Source: Hydrolagus affinis (lineage: Eukaryota). Taken from it: DNA of 64,000 bases. Location of the stretch: assembly GCA_012026655.1 (NCBI GenBank), contig JAAILG010000048.1, positions 1-64,000 on the forward strand. The letters run 5' to 3'. The notes below the pieces were generated by a model. The model had not been told where the DNA came from. It worked only from the letters and a program-made list of their open reading frames with translations, and did no database searches. Both the position numbers and the translations under genes were made by a program. Positions 39,186 to 52,549 of the stretch are shown piece after piece. Numbering within the stretch: position 1 is the first letter of the stretch; the number at the start of each line of letters is the position of its first letter.

Positions 39186-41780
39186 TGGATTAATGTAAAA
39201 TATAAAATCCAGCCGGAGGGATAAAAAGGTGTTAATGATCAGATCTCTCTCCCTTTATCTTTTCATAGTGTACAGAATGATGTTGCCTTTATATATCGTC
39301 GGTAGAAATGTTGCTGAGATGATATTCTTATTTCATTCTTGTTCACAAACACATAATGTTATTTATTACAATCCCTGGATCTTGATTCTCAGTTACCGAT
39401 AACTTATTTAGACCAGAATTTTGTTTAAACAATGAAATACTGAGCAGTCTTAAGTTAGGCAAGGGACAGCATTGTACAGTACAATCTTTCAACACAGCCC
39501 CAAAGCAAAACATCAGCCATTGCTGGCCAAATACACATTGAATGTGCTGCTTCTGATCCATCTGTTCTTTCAACTGTTATCTCTACTCTTTGTAGCATAC
39601 TATACCTCACATTGGATTTTTTTAAAAATGAAGCTTGAATTCTAAGATATCAGTAAGAAAGGCTCATCAAGTTTAATGGTCTAAAGTCATAATTTCGAAT
39701 TAATTGCAACACCTGTTATATACTGTGCTTAATGTCCGTACAACTGTATCACGGTGTGTGTCCATTTTGCAATGTAATAGCAAATAACTTTCAAAATGTA
39801 ATGTTCCTATTATGTTATTATTTCAGATTCTATGGGCTTCTTATGTATGTTTATGTACAGGTGCTTATACTCCCTAGCTCCCGAGCCACTCTGATGATTT
39901 AAGGTGTCTATGCATATCACTGTACTTTTATTTTTTTAAATCATTGCTTTAGAATTTATTTCAATTTAATTTTAAAAACATCTTGAACTTAATTGAAGTT
40001 ACAGCGTGAGACTGAACTGCTTTTGGCAGAGGATTCAGTGTCACTGAGAAAGCCCCACTTATTGGATTTTGTATTAAATAGCTTGCTTATGCAAATCTGT
40101 GTTTTACACATGATGTAATCTCATTATAATGGTTCAAAAACAGCATGCAAATAATGCACTTTCAATAGACAATACAAGAATAATGTGATGAATTGTCTGG
40201 TAATCGATTATTATTGCTGATTAATTAACCTTAAATAGTCAGGTATATTTTACTGCGGTTAATTCATACCATAATTTCATTCAGGTTAATCTTATGATAG
40301 TGAGACCTCATTCCCCCAAAATAACTCACTTTAATTTAAAACAGCACGTTAGAATGAAAATCATTCCCAGTAAGACTATCAATAGCAGCCACATTGCAAT
40401 AAATTTATTTAATAGGTTATTTTTTTAATGCTTGCAGCTGCTGGTTCTATGAAGTGTGGAAATAGCTAACATTTTTCATTGCGTTTTGTACAGCTTTAGT
40501 CAAGCATTGTGCCCTTTCTAATTATCCCATCTAGGAAGTGTGCATGGAAATGGTTGTGGTTCAGATAGCTGTGGACAATGTGCAATCAATAAGGAATGAC
40601 TGGATCACACACGAATAGGAAAACAATGATTCGTCTTGATTGCAAAATTAGGCAGAGAAGCTCTGTATTAAAATAAAAAAGCGAGTTAGTAAAAGAAAAC
40701 AAAATGTGATAACTGCTGAAGGGTAGATACTAATAAAGTGGAATCTTCTCCAAATTGTGTAGCAAAATCAAAAATGTATGCTGTGTAGATGTTGTGAGAC
40801 AGGATCTATGAAAACATGTTGATTACTGAAAAAGAATAAAAAATAGCAAAACAACTCCAAACAGCGCAAGGAAAATCATTGCCAGTCTTTCAGAACACAA
40901 TGTGTCTTACTTATAATCTTTTCGACTGAGTCTATGTACCTCCTGTTGATTTGGTCTTGCAATATTTTATTCATTTTTTCATGGTATTTGTAAACCTTGG
41001 CACTAATCTTGCCTATTGTAGGCAGAAATGTTTTAAACATTGAGATCATTATTAGCTTTTATGCAACCACTGTCACAATAAATAATTTATTTTATTTGTG
41101 CCAAATTTGCTGAATCTAATTCAATAAGCTTGTAATAGCAGACTGGAAAAAATATTGTATTATTCTTTTTTAAATAGGTTATTTAAGGACTACTAGCAAA
41201 ACTCCAGACTCCCAAATTCTTTATGAATCATAGTTCAATCACATAAAATTAAGATAATTATTCCATTACGATTGATACATAAGGGCTATGCAGTTAACAA
41301 AGATACACTGTTTTAATGTCAGGGTAAACAGATGTGTTTTGGTCTAGTCTGATCTACTGTTTCACACTGCTGGTAGCTACCATGACCCTACATTATGATG
41401 GACTGTGTGATTTTCCACATTTTGTGTCAATGATGATGTATACTGTAGCAAAGCAGGGGATGCATATGTAACCTATGGACCTGATGAATATACATTGCAA
41501 AGAGCTAAACCTCTGAGTGATTTTCTTCTTATCTGCATTTGCAGGTTGGTCAGATCCATCACGCTCTCTGAAACGAGGGGCCACAGTTCCATTTTATTTT
41601 ATGGAAATAATGAAGTGGACTGTTGCAGAATACTGCCTATTGTGTAGTCAAATGGTAAAAGTTTCATTTCAAAGTACCTGTCTAGAAGTATTCATGATAA
41701 TTTGAGGTACTTTTTCAAATGTTTATTTAGATAAAGGTGGATAACAGTAAATTCCCAAACCTTGTTACAGATAGCTTTTT

Positions 41781-42001
41781 TTTATTAATGACCTGCCATA
41801 TGCACTGGCTGGATAATTAAAGTCCTTCAGAAAGGAGAGAGTGGACAAATTTATTTGATCATTTGATAAGGTGATATGTTAGCAAGCTATCAGTACCATC
41901 AGACTCCTTTCAATTTGTCCAAGACAGCCACTCCTATCAGCTAATTGCACCTGTTAATGTTTAATTGTCCATTTAATGCATATGGTTAAGTCATTAATAA
42001 A
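41781..42001. repeat. 221-bp imperfect palindrome, MER135-like ancient repeat
   Basis: Four nested complementary blocks: TTTATTAATGAC/GTCATTAATAAA, CCATATGCA/TGCATATGG, GGATAATTAAA/TTTAATTGTCC, TGGACAAATT/AATTTGTCCA. The family name is from recall. Confidence 0.7.
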
Positions 42002-42574
42002 CTGCAGCCATGTCACTGGCTTTATCAAGGAAAGTGATGCATGCGTCCTGAGTTGAAATTTATCTTTAAAAAAAATCAGGTTTTACATTGAAAACAACGA
42101 TGTAGCTATGTAGAAGTTCTTGTTTTAGCAGTCTGAGGGAATGTGTTTCATGCATTAAAGATCTAGCCAACTCTACCCTCCAGTCTACAGGGAAATTAAT
42201 CAGGGGTATAAGTACAGAACTGTGTTGTCGTTAGAGTGAACAGTGCAGCATCTGAATTTAAAAGTTCTGTGTGGCGCTAGTGTTTATTATCGCTTGAGTT
42301 GTATACTCACGGCACTGTTCAGATAACATAAGTGACATGATTATGCCTAGCAGGAAAAGACTCGAGACTCAAATCATTTGAATCACAACCCTAGTATAGT
42401 ATATTATGTAAGATGTGGCTAATTTGGGGTAAACCGAATAAAGAAATGAAGAAAATTGATCTTTGGCATAACGAAAAAGCTTCACTAACAGTACAGTATA
42501 TCTGCAGGTGTTGGCCCTGGGACTGTAAGATAGAATCATACAATCAAAGAAACTTTATGATGGACTCTGTTGTC

Positions 42575-43208
42575 TCTTGTCGCTGAAATACTCATATACA
42601 CATTCATAACATTCAAGCTTGACTATGCAAACTCCCTGCTTGTCAGCCTCCCCAACTCCTCCCTCCATAACTGCAGATCATCCAGAACTTTGCAGCCATT
42701 GTCCGCTCCTGCATCAAGCTCAGTGACCCCATCACCTCCATGCTTGCCCGACTCCACTGGCTTCCCATCATGCAGGGGATACAGTTCAAGATCCTGGTCC
42801 TTACCTTCAAAGGCCTCCATGCCCCTCCTCCCACCACCCCACACCTCTGTGACCTCCTAACCACCTACAATCTGCCTGGTCCCTGCTTGCTCCCTCCGCA
42901 CAGTGGGCTTCACGTCTCCTGCCTCTCCTGCTCCACTATTGGAGTGACTTCAGTGACTCTGTCCCACCCTCTGGAACTTTGTCCCACAGTCCCTCTACCT
43001 TGCCTCCTTTTCATTGCCTCCTTCAAGATCCATATCAAGAGCTTCCTCTTTGACCATGCCTTTATTCACCCTCCTACCTCCCCTGCCCTCCACCCTCCCC
43101 AATTCCAACCCCCCAGATCAGGTCTGAAACACTAACTGTCCAGTACCTTGAGACATCCTCCCAATGTGAAAGTCCCTACAGAAATAATAATTTATGTTGT
43201 TGTTGTAG
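42575..43208 (+). mobile_element. L2 3' fragment, frameshifted
   Basis: AEILIYTFITFKLDYANSLL; LARLHWLPIMQGIQFKILVLTFKGLH; (TTG)n tail. Confidence 0.92.
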
Positions 43209-43244
43209 TAGCTAGCCAGACCTCCTGGAAGCCAGAAATGGATA

Positions 43245-43605
43245 TCACAGGATTTACTTCAAATTGCATGACTATATTTGTAGGCAGATGTGGCAACACA
43301 ATTTCACATAGCAATGTCCCACAAACAGCCATGAAATGAGTGCCCAATTTTATTTGGGGGAAATATTGGCCAAGACATTAGGAAAAACTTCCTTCTCTCT
43401 TCAAATACTGCCATGGTATCTCAACCTGAGCAGGCACACAGGATCTTGGTTTAAAAAAGTCTCACTTGAAGAATGGCATCTCTGACAATGCAACATGCCC
43501 TCAGTGCTGCGCTAGAGGGTCAGTTTAAGTTCAAGTCCCGATGTGTGATTTTAACTCACAACCTTTTCATTCAAAGATGTGAATCCTACCACTGAGCCTG
43601 CTGAC
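43245..43605 (-). mobile_element. Long Deu SINE
   Basis: AATGTCCCACAAACAGCC, TATTGGCCAAGACATTAGGAAAAACT, head ending CTACCACTGAGCC. Confidence 0.8.
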
Positions 43606-43739
43606 ACATGATACATTCCCAATTGACTATTCTTCCTTTGTAGCTGGGATCACGCAATATTGATCGAGATCAAGGTCTCTGGCTAACTTTTCCCTTCTGT
43701 ATTATGGGGGAACTGAGGCCAATTGTAGCCCTGCAACTA

Positions 43740-43805
43740 ATGATTCAGGCTAATAGTATCCATGATTCAAGCTAATATTAGTCATGATTCTGGCTAATAT
43801 TAATT
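43740..43805. repeat. 22-bp unit x3 tandem repeat
   Basis: ATGATTCAGGCTAATAGTATCC / ATGATTCAAGCTAATATTAGTC / ATGATTCTGGCTAATATTAATT. Confidence 0.85.
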
Positions 43806-44639
43806 ACCCGTTTGGCAACTGGCCTGCAATGTTCCAGGTTGTATTACTTGGCACCAAGGGAGTGAACTTTCTGATTTTAATGTGTCTCCCAGAAGACCCG
43901 AATGCTACTAATAGATCAAGCGGAACAACCACAAGTATCCTCATAGTTTAGCTGCGTGTTAAGGTTTGGGATCTGGAAGTGAAAAGCAACTGCAAGTGAG
44001 TATCAGATGATCTTGTTGTATTCGTGGCACGTCTATAAGTGGATAGGAAACATTTACACATGTAGAGTTATGTTTTACTGAGAAGATATTATTGTGAATA
44101 TGGGATAAGCATAAAAAAGTAATACAGTTAATATTTTTTTAACTAGGTCCTAGGTTTTATTTCCAGCTGTTGTATAGTACTGTACTAAGGATGTATCGTA
44201 TAACATTGAGACATAGTGGTACATTGTATTCATACTGCAGGGCTGCATTTCAAATCATGGTAATCTGGAACATAGCCTTAAGGAAAGGTTGCGTACATAA
44301 CTGTTCAGAGAACATGTTACTAATGTTTCTTACAAGTGTAATACTATATGTTGATGATTTTATATTGAGTCGGTTTTCCTGTTAGATGATGCAGCATTCA
44401 GAATGTCAATAAGCAAATAACGTGGTCTAGAGTACAACATTTGCAAACTCGCCATGCAAACCCCTGCTGTACTTTGGGTCTGAAATTGTGTGATTTGCTA
44501 ACAAATTTGGTTAACAACTTGCAAATACAATTCGTTACAAATAAATGCTAAAAAAGCTATTGCCCCATTTGGGATCATAATTTGTTTTTGCAAATCTGTC
44601 AGGATCAGATTTGCTGCATTAATTATGAATTAGTTATCA

Positions 44640-44862
44640 CAGCTTATCTGGCTGACTCAGATGGTCAGAAGGATGTGGGTTCAAGCTCCATGTTAGGACT
44701 TGGACCTTATCTAGTCTAAGATGACACTGCAATACAGAGCTGGTTACCGTCTAATGTGCCATTCTTAGAGGTGTCAAGATCTCATCTTCTTTTCACTTGC
44801 ACGATAAAGATCCCGTGGCACTATTCTAAGGAGAAGGGAGTATCTCCCAGTTTCCGGGCCAA
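44640..44862 (+). mobile_element. Long Deu SINE 5' part, decayed
   Basis: GTCAGAAGGATGTGGGTTCAAGCTCCA head; TAAAGATCCCGTGGCACTATTC Deu core. Confidence 0.7.
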
Positions 44863-47800
44863 CAATTCATGCTAGCTGAATCACAAAACCCAAGCTGACA
44901 ATGGTGGAAACATGCTGGTAAGTAAAGCTCTGGACATTCTTGCTGTCAATTTCAATTTTGGCAAAAAGAATTGACACAACAAACTGCATTGAGAGCATTT
45001 GTGAATATTGGAAATTTGATCCCAATAGTTCTTGCTTGTGTGACAATGGGCCTTATTTTTGATTCCTTCAGCTGTTATTTTGTGGAAAATCCCTTTCCTG
45101 CCAAAACTGTTGCACCATCATCAGCCTGTGTAGACTGCAGTTGCCAAACAAGCAGCAAATCTCACTGCTGTCATACTCTCCATGTTCTGGCATTTCTCTT
45201 GCACTAAAAGGAAATGTTTTATGTTCATATAATAATGTTTTTCATTCTTTGAATCAGCCTATTTAGCCCAAAGGAAAGCAAGACTGCCCCCACAGCCCTT
45301 TGAACCATTTGAACCTGTGAACGACTGTATATTCGATTTCACAGGAGGTGTCTTCTCATTGGACGTGCATCATTACTTAAAGATGGTGCATTCAAGGCCC
45401 TGAAACCCAAACCACAAATGGAATGGATGAATATAACAAATGAATGGAAACCAGATGTTAATCTGTAACATGGCCCAGAGTGTTCCAGATCAATATATTA
45501 ACACTTACTGCTACGGTAAAAGGAGCTTAACACTATGGAGGTGATTCTTTGTCTCTGTAAATGTACCAACCTTGGCAGGGAGCATATTGTCTGGTCAGTA
45601 TTGATTGGAAGTCTTTGTAGGGGCAATAATGAAGTGATACAGTTACCTATATAAATTCAACCCCCCTCCCCCACCCACCCCAGCCCCGTCTGTGGTGCAT
45701 ACCCAATACAGGGTACTGTATTAGGGTTAAAGGTTTTCTCAGGATAGGATGTCAAGAAAACTAGTGGATTTATTACCATTCCGGCCAATGTAAGAACTGG
45801 TGGAATTTTAGTAATGTTTGGAAAGTAGAGAAAGATTTGGCAAGGTGGAAGGATTTGGGGCTAGACTTCTAGAAGCACAGTATCTGAAAGCTTACCCACT
45901 AATGTGGGGCTATAGGGTAGGAGATGTGGAACAGGCATATTGGGGCTCAAGCACATTGAGATGCTACCCTGAATGAGGGGCACTGTGAAAATTACAAGTT
46001 GTTGTTGTGTCAGAAAAAAAGGGATGGGTGTATAGAATTGAAAACGATCACTGGGATAGGGTGGGGAAGCTCACTGAGGTATTATACAGAAGGTATTACT
46101 AAACTGTTATGCGAGTTATGCAAACTGAGTGTTTGAAGGGGGGTCCTTGAGGAATTAGTTTAGTTTTATGGAACTGTTAAAATGGATATACTCAATAAAA
46201 TCTGAAATAGAACATCAACATGGCAATGCACCAATCTTGCTACGAGAGTAGCTTCAGGATACTTCAGACAGGATGTCTCAGGGGGTGAATTAACACTCTT
46301 CTAATTTCCCCATTTCCATGAGGAAGGTTCTATACAACTCCAAGTTATAGGATCCTGCAGGCCTGAGCCAATGGAACCGCTTGGAGGAACACAAAGTCTA
46401 GTTAATTTGGATAATAAATTAAGTTACAGATTGGTCAGACAAATGTGCATGACCATTATCACCCTAATGGTACAGATTAAAGGATCATTTGTTGTATAAA
46501 TTGCATGGGATGGTACCTGAAAATAGATGGAAACAATGATTGCTGTCCCCGAAATGGTTGATTGGTTCTGTCAGTGTGCATTTCCTCACATAACAAGACA
46601 TGATAGTTTGTTGGGTTCCAGCCCACAGGGTATGTCTAGGACACTGAGAATACTTCACAGATACTGGAAGAACATTACACCTACCCTCCACTGTCACCGA
46701 AACTTCGCAAAGTTACCACCCATGTAAATAGGATTGCAGGAGTTTAGGGCAAGGAACAATGCAATGGTGGACAAGGGGATATAATGGAAGTGTTGAAAAT
46801 GAGCCAATTGGTGATGGGTGGAGGCTCGTGAGTGGAAAGTCCCAGCTGAGCAGAATGGGGATAGATGGTGCAGTGTGCCATTTGAGCATATGCCATCACC
46901 AGTGACTTTTGCAGTGGGGACTGTAGTCACTGAGACTATATAAAGTGTTGGAAAATTTCTTAGCAATCTTCCCACTGACACTGGAAGCTATGAGATTTTT
47001 TCCCCACTTTCACTAACGGCTTGAATGCCACATTAGAACTGAAGTATTCAGTCCTATCCATCCCTTGTGTGGAGTTGCCAGTCTGTTACCCCAATGGCCT
47101 TCAATAATAGAATACAATTCATATTCATATAAGGCCTTTGATATTAAAGTGCTTGACAATGCTAGCTGGGCTCCTGAGCTGGGAATGGAAACTGGAGAGG
47201 GTGGGGAGAGGAATGATGATCAAAAGCACAGTCAACAATTCTCAATCAATTCCTTTATTGCATAAAATCGCGACTGCTTGAGGGAATGTTTTTAAAGCTC
47301 AGAAGAATAGAGCATGAATCTGAACCGACAGTAAATGAATCTACTCACTAGCTAGCTCAATTACAGTGATGTCTTAACAATAGAAAACTGAGTGGAAGAG
47401 CTCCCTGTTATGTTGTGTATGTGCCTGATGTGCAAGTTTGTGCCTATGTGGTTTGCAGTTTATTTGGTACCGTTTCAAACCAAAACATTTTGAGATAATC
47501 TGAGATTCTTTTTAAGAACTGTAGAAAACCCACAAACAAATTGAGACTGGGTGTAAGAATTTTCCCAAATTCTGCATAATCTTACACATTTTAAGATGCT
47601 AGTGTTGATGTTAAGACTAGACGAAATATTGGACCTCGGATTTCTGTTTTAGTTTCTATGCCTATTTTAATTTGATACCAAGCAAAGCAGAAAGAAACAT
47701 AAACAAAAGCTTATACATCAGGAAAAGTTATACATTCATGCATGAAACTCCAGAGTGTGACTTACAAAGTTGTAATGCAATAAAAGCATAGGCATTTGCA

Positions 47801-47914
47801 GCACAGAGGAAGGCTCTTAAGCTCATCATATCCATGCTGGCTGTTTGAAAGAACTACTTTATATTCAGTCCCATTTACCTGCTTTTTCCCATATTGCTGG
47901 AAATTACTCCTTTT

Positions 47915-48385
47915 TAGATACTTTGTTGCCCGATTACCCCAGTCCTTGCCAGACTTTACTGGCTCCCTGTAACGGAGCGGATCAATTTCAAGATCCTCAA
48001 TCTTGTTTTCAAATCCCTCCACACATCTGCACCCCCTACCTCTCTGACCTCCTCTCTCCTCACAACACTACCCATTGCCTTCGCTCTACCGGGTCTGGCC
48101 TCCTCCTTGAAGGAGGCCAGATCCCTGAATCCTCTGTTTCACCGTCGGCAGCCGTGCCTTCAGCCACTATGCCCCGAGGTTCTGGAACTCACTTCCTCAC
48201 TCCCTTCGTCTCACCCCCTCCTTTCCTATTTTCAGGTTGCGCATAAAGACTTTTCTTTTCGATCGTGCTATTGGTTACCTTTTTCCTCCTCCCCATGGCT
48301 TGGTCCTGGGTTCCGTTATTGTTAAGTGCTCTGAAATGCCGTCTGGCGTGAAGGGTGCTATATAAATCCAAGTTGTTGTTGTTAT
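47915..48385 (+). mobile_element. L2 3' fragment, second subfamily
   Basis: TTACTGGCTCCCTG...TTCAAGATCCTC, PYLSDLLSP; tail GAAGGGTGCTATATAAATCCAAG(TTG)n. Confidence 0.88.
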
Positions 48386-51300
48386 TGAGTTCCATCTTGA
48401 AAGCTAATATGGATTCTGCTATTGACTTGGCAGGACATACCATATCCTGACAAACATCTGTGAATAAATCCACCCTAAAATCTTCCTTTGCTCATTTTGG
48501 AAATGATCTCAAATTGATGCCCTCACGTCGCTGAACTCACTAGTAGAAATAATTTCTCCCTTTTGTATTCCCATCAAAATCCCTCCATTTCAGCTCTTAC
48601 AATTGGTCTTTCAAACAGAATTATTGTATTATCCATTGACATATTTGTAAAATTCATTGAGATCAGCTATGAGAACAATCACAGTTTATGCAGGCTCACA
48701 AAAAATATATAGTTTAACCATGGAAACATGTGTCAGATTGTAGTTTGACAATTTCAACCTGTGTTGGGTCTGAGTTCGACAACCTTGGCATGTACTGGTT
48801 ATTAGTGCACAGCAACATTTTTAGAACTTTCAACTGGGGCAATCAACCAAGTTGCCTTTTAAAATATTTGTCTAGGTCAAGGTTTTTTAGGAATGATTCC
48901 CATGTTATACATCACAAACAAATGTATTGTCAAATAGAAGGCACAACTTTAATGGAGGATGGATAGTACATTATTAATGTTTCATGTACAATTACTTGAA
49001 GCATCATCAAAGTAACCACGTCAGATTAAATGTATTTTCTTGTATATGGTCAAATCCCAACAGAAACCACTTCAATTTGCCTTATCTCATTGAAAACAAT
49101 AATATCCCAATAGACCTCAACACAAAGGGCTGTTAGGAAATGCAATTTATATTTCATAAGTGCAGTAAAATTCTGCATGCATTATAAACAAGTTACATTG
49201 CAGTATTTATGTTCTGTTATCATCAAGATATGTATAAGTAATGTGGAGAACTTTGGGAATATGAACTGTGCATCTTACATCTATTGACATTGATGTTGCA
49301 GTTATACAGTTCAAATGAAAATCACAAAGTTGTTCCCTTCTTTTACTACATGAAAAATCCTCTTTTAGTTTTGCTGAGCTTGTGAACAAAAATAATTAAT
49401 TATTATAATACTTTTTGTGTCATTAAACCATATACTGTATTATAATAGGATTGGTAAAATATATTCTACATTTATATATTCAATCAGTCGATTAATGTTT
49501 TGGAAAATAATATTATTAAATGTGTACCTTTAAGTTTGTGAAGATGTTACTATGCAATACAAGATGATACTCCATGTAGAGGAAGCTATATTAATGCAAT
49601 TGCTTTTGTTGTTGACTGTTTATAAGAAAATGAGAATATGGGAGGTCATCAGGTATAAGTACAAATCAAGTTGCTCTGAGCCCTCAGTTTTTGTTGCATT
49701 TCCGTCTGAAAAGAAATGAATCACAATATGATTCACTAATGGTAATATTGATCATAATGGGGAATATAAGCCATCTGATATTGCGCTATTTTGTTAAATA
49801 ATTGTGCTGCCTGGCTGAAAACTGTCATATCAAGCCTAAATATGAAGTTGGAAAATGTTTATACATTGATATCTTGTGAAAGCCAGCATCAACTCTTTTT
49901 TTGTATGTTCCATTGATAGCTAAGTTTCTCCACAAGGAGATCTGCAGTAAGTTATAATAGTGAACCCTGCAGTAGTTTAGGGATGGTTATTTCACATTTG
50001 GAGTTGTCAGATCTAAACAGCATTGAAGAATTATCCTGTTTGCACAACAATTACGGATCAATCATTGAAAAGCAATTAAATTACAAAAGGTGGTACTTGA
50101 TGAAGTGTTTATGTGGTGAAACTTAAATAGGATCAGTCTCAGATATTCACATTGTATGTGGAAATTAGAAAGATCTTAAAGTCTCACCAAAATGAACATT
50201 CTGCCCACTTGCTGGAACTCCATATCAGAATTCCTCCAACTCACTATTTCCCTCCCAAATTTTAAAGCCCAACCTCAAGACTTACCTCTTTGACTCTGCG
50301 TTTGCTACTCTTTCCCCTCTTTCCCACCTTCTTCAGCAATCTTCCCTCTTGCCTCCCCCTCCTTCTCTACCCCCCCATATAAAGGGCTTTAAGATGTCAT
50401 TTCAATGTACAAGGTGCTATGTTAACATTAAATTGTATTGTACTGTAATCAATTGATATGTTAAGAAAATGTTGAAATAGTTTCAGCTCACATTCTATAG
50501 TTAAATAACTTCAGGAAGAAAGGACAGGCGAGTTATTGGATTACTGGAATGAAAGCAACATTATTATTGAATTGGGAAGCATCCAGAAAATATAAAATTG
50601 AATGCGTGGTGGTATACCTCAGAATGGCAGATACGGCAAACATTAACTGGGGAGAAAATATCTCCTTGAAATGACGGGGCACCTTTGCCATTTAATATAC
50701 TGGCAATCAGCCTATGAGTGACACGGTCTACTTGTGGGTGAGAACTGAGCCAGAAGAAATGAGTGTGCAAAATGCTTGTATGGTATAATTAGATATTTGT
50801 AAAGCCCCGATCAAATCTGAAAGTGTTATAACTATACACCTGTTATGTGGTCGGAAAGGTCATTCTGTTGAATACAAACTGTCAGCTTAGAGTTGAAATG
50901 CTGAAAAATTTCACCTGAAATGAGGTAATTGATTTTCACGTGGGATAGTTTCTATCCAGGGTTTCAGTTACACCAAATGATTTTTGTAGGAAGTTGATTG
51001 AGGAGTTAACCTTTTCTATCAGCCAGTCCCGTTAATGCTTGGTATTGTTTTCTTGGAATTGCTAGATCTTGTTTTTTTTGTGTGAAATTATCACTTTGTA
51101 TTACTTTTGTCTGTTATTTACTGATCATTTTTTAAGTTGCCAGATTTGTTATTGAATTGTATCCGTTTCATTCATAAAAATACTACCGACCTGGGAAACA
51201 GCAGGTTTGAAATGCAAATGAAGGCACCTGTTCAAATAGAAATGCGTGTTATTACAGCCTAAAGCACTTTGCCCAAGCCTAAATATAGCATTGGTGTCAG

Positions 51301-51869
51301 TGAATGAAAGTTAAGTCAAGGAAACTAAAGGTTACATTGGAATCATAGGAAAAATAATTCTCAATTCTGGGGAGAATATTTTTTCGAATTGCTGCTTCAA
51401 TGCCTGTAAGAGAGAAAGGAAATTGACCATGCAGCAAAATTATTATGGATGCAGTTGAAAAGTATTCTGCTCTGTGCTGGGCTGTGGGTTATTATGTATG
51501 ACTGTGTCTGTAAGTATTTGAACTCATCTGAAGGGCACTTGAAAGGAAATGCACATTGCAAAATAGAAAAAAAAATCAGTTAGTGGGAATGATTTCTAAT
51601 TTGTGTGCATGTAGTAGTACATCCAGAGCCTGCCTTCTCTGGTAATAGAGAAGCAGATCAGAGCAGAATCTGATACCAAGATATTTTCAATCTTACTATC
51701 TATTATTTCACAGGTGATGTAAACCCAAGACTAGTCAAACATCCATTCTGGAATACAGATCTATCACATAAGCGAGAAATAAAAGAGAAAAGAAAATGCA
51801 GCACATGCCATACATCACACAGCCAAGGTCATCTACATATTAATGAATAACATTAGTTTTCTCTTCCTT

Positions 51870-52290
51870 TCTTGCGATGAGTACACCTATCTATAACCAA
51901 CCCTAGCATGACATTGTAAGGGTGGAGTTGGTAAACTGAGAACAGATTATTATTTTCTATTTTTCCTTGAAATTTCAGATCATTTTGATTTAATCCATAA
52001 GCATTAACCAGAGTGTATAGATCTGTACCCAGTGACCCGTTAACAATGATATATCTTCCCTGCAAGCTACCCACTTTCTCACTGATGCAAATTGCTATTT
52101 TATATGCATTAGTGAGTCAATGCCATGTTTCACAGAAAACCAGAAGCAGGAAATATTTCTCTGATGCAGTCTTTCTTCAGACAAATGTGTTCTTTATTTT
52201 AATCAGATAAGTACTACATGTCATAAGCACTTATTAGTTTTGTTTAACTGAACTAATGGTGTCCATTCTTAACGGATTTATTAATTATGA
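51870..52290 (-). mobile_element. Decayed L1-clade ORF2 endonuclease remnant
   Basis: Minus-strand GRYIIVNGSLGTDLYTLVNAYGLNQNDLKF resembles the L1 APE motif GRYIIV.G......L.N.Y.PN.DD..F; downstream YNVMLGLVIDR resembles FN..LD...DR; upstream frameshifted KEHICLKKDCIREIF resembles EH..LK..W.G..F. Confidence 0.65.
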
Positions 52291-52549
52291 AATCTGGACA
52301 TCCATGAAACTCCCTTCTCTTTTCACATAATGTCATAGGATCTACAACAGACATCTGTTATTTAACATTGCATCCAAACAATCTGGCTAAAAGTAAAAGT
52401 CTGGTTCATTGTGGAACATGCTCAGAGTCCACATTGGGATTTATTTTGCTCAAATCTAGGCTGATACTGCAGTTGCAGTCAATGCTGAAGGAGCACTGCA
52501 ATGTCAGAGGTGCTGTACTTCAGATAAGACCATCAAATCTGAGGTTCTA

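Noticed and set aside
41545-41654. Possible plus-strand exon (good acceptor, ATG|GTAAAA donor, one open frame)
   Set aside because: Peptide not recognisable, donor mediocre, no partner exons identified.
43740-43805. CRISPR-like array
   Set aside because: Contiguous 22-bp units with no spacers, in vertebrate DNA; a simple minisatellite.
46520-47050. Higher-GC stretch that might be another old SINE
   Set aside because: No second copy or convincing A/B boxes found in the window.
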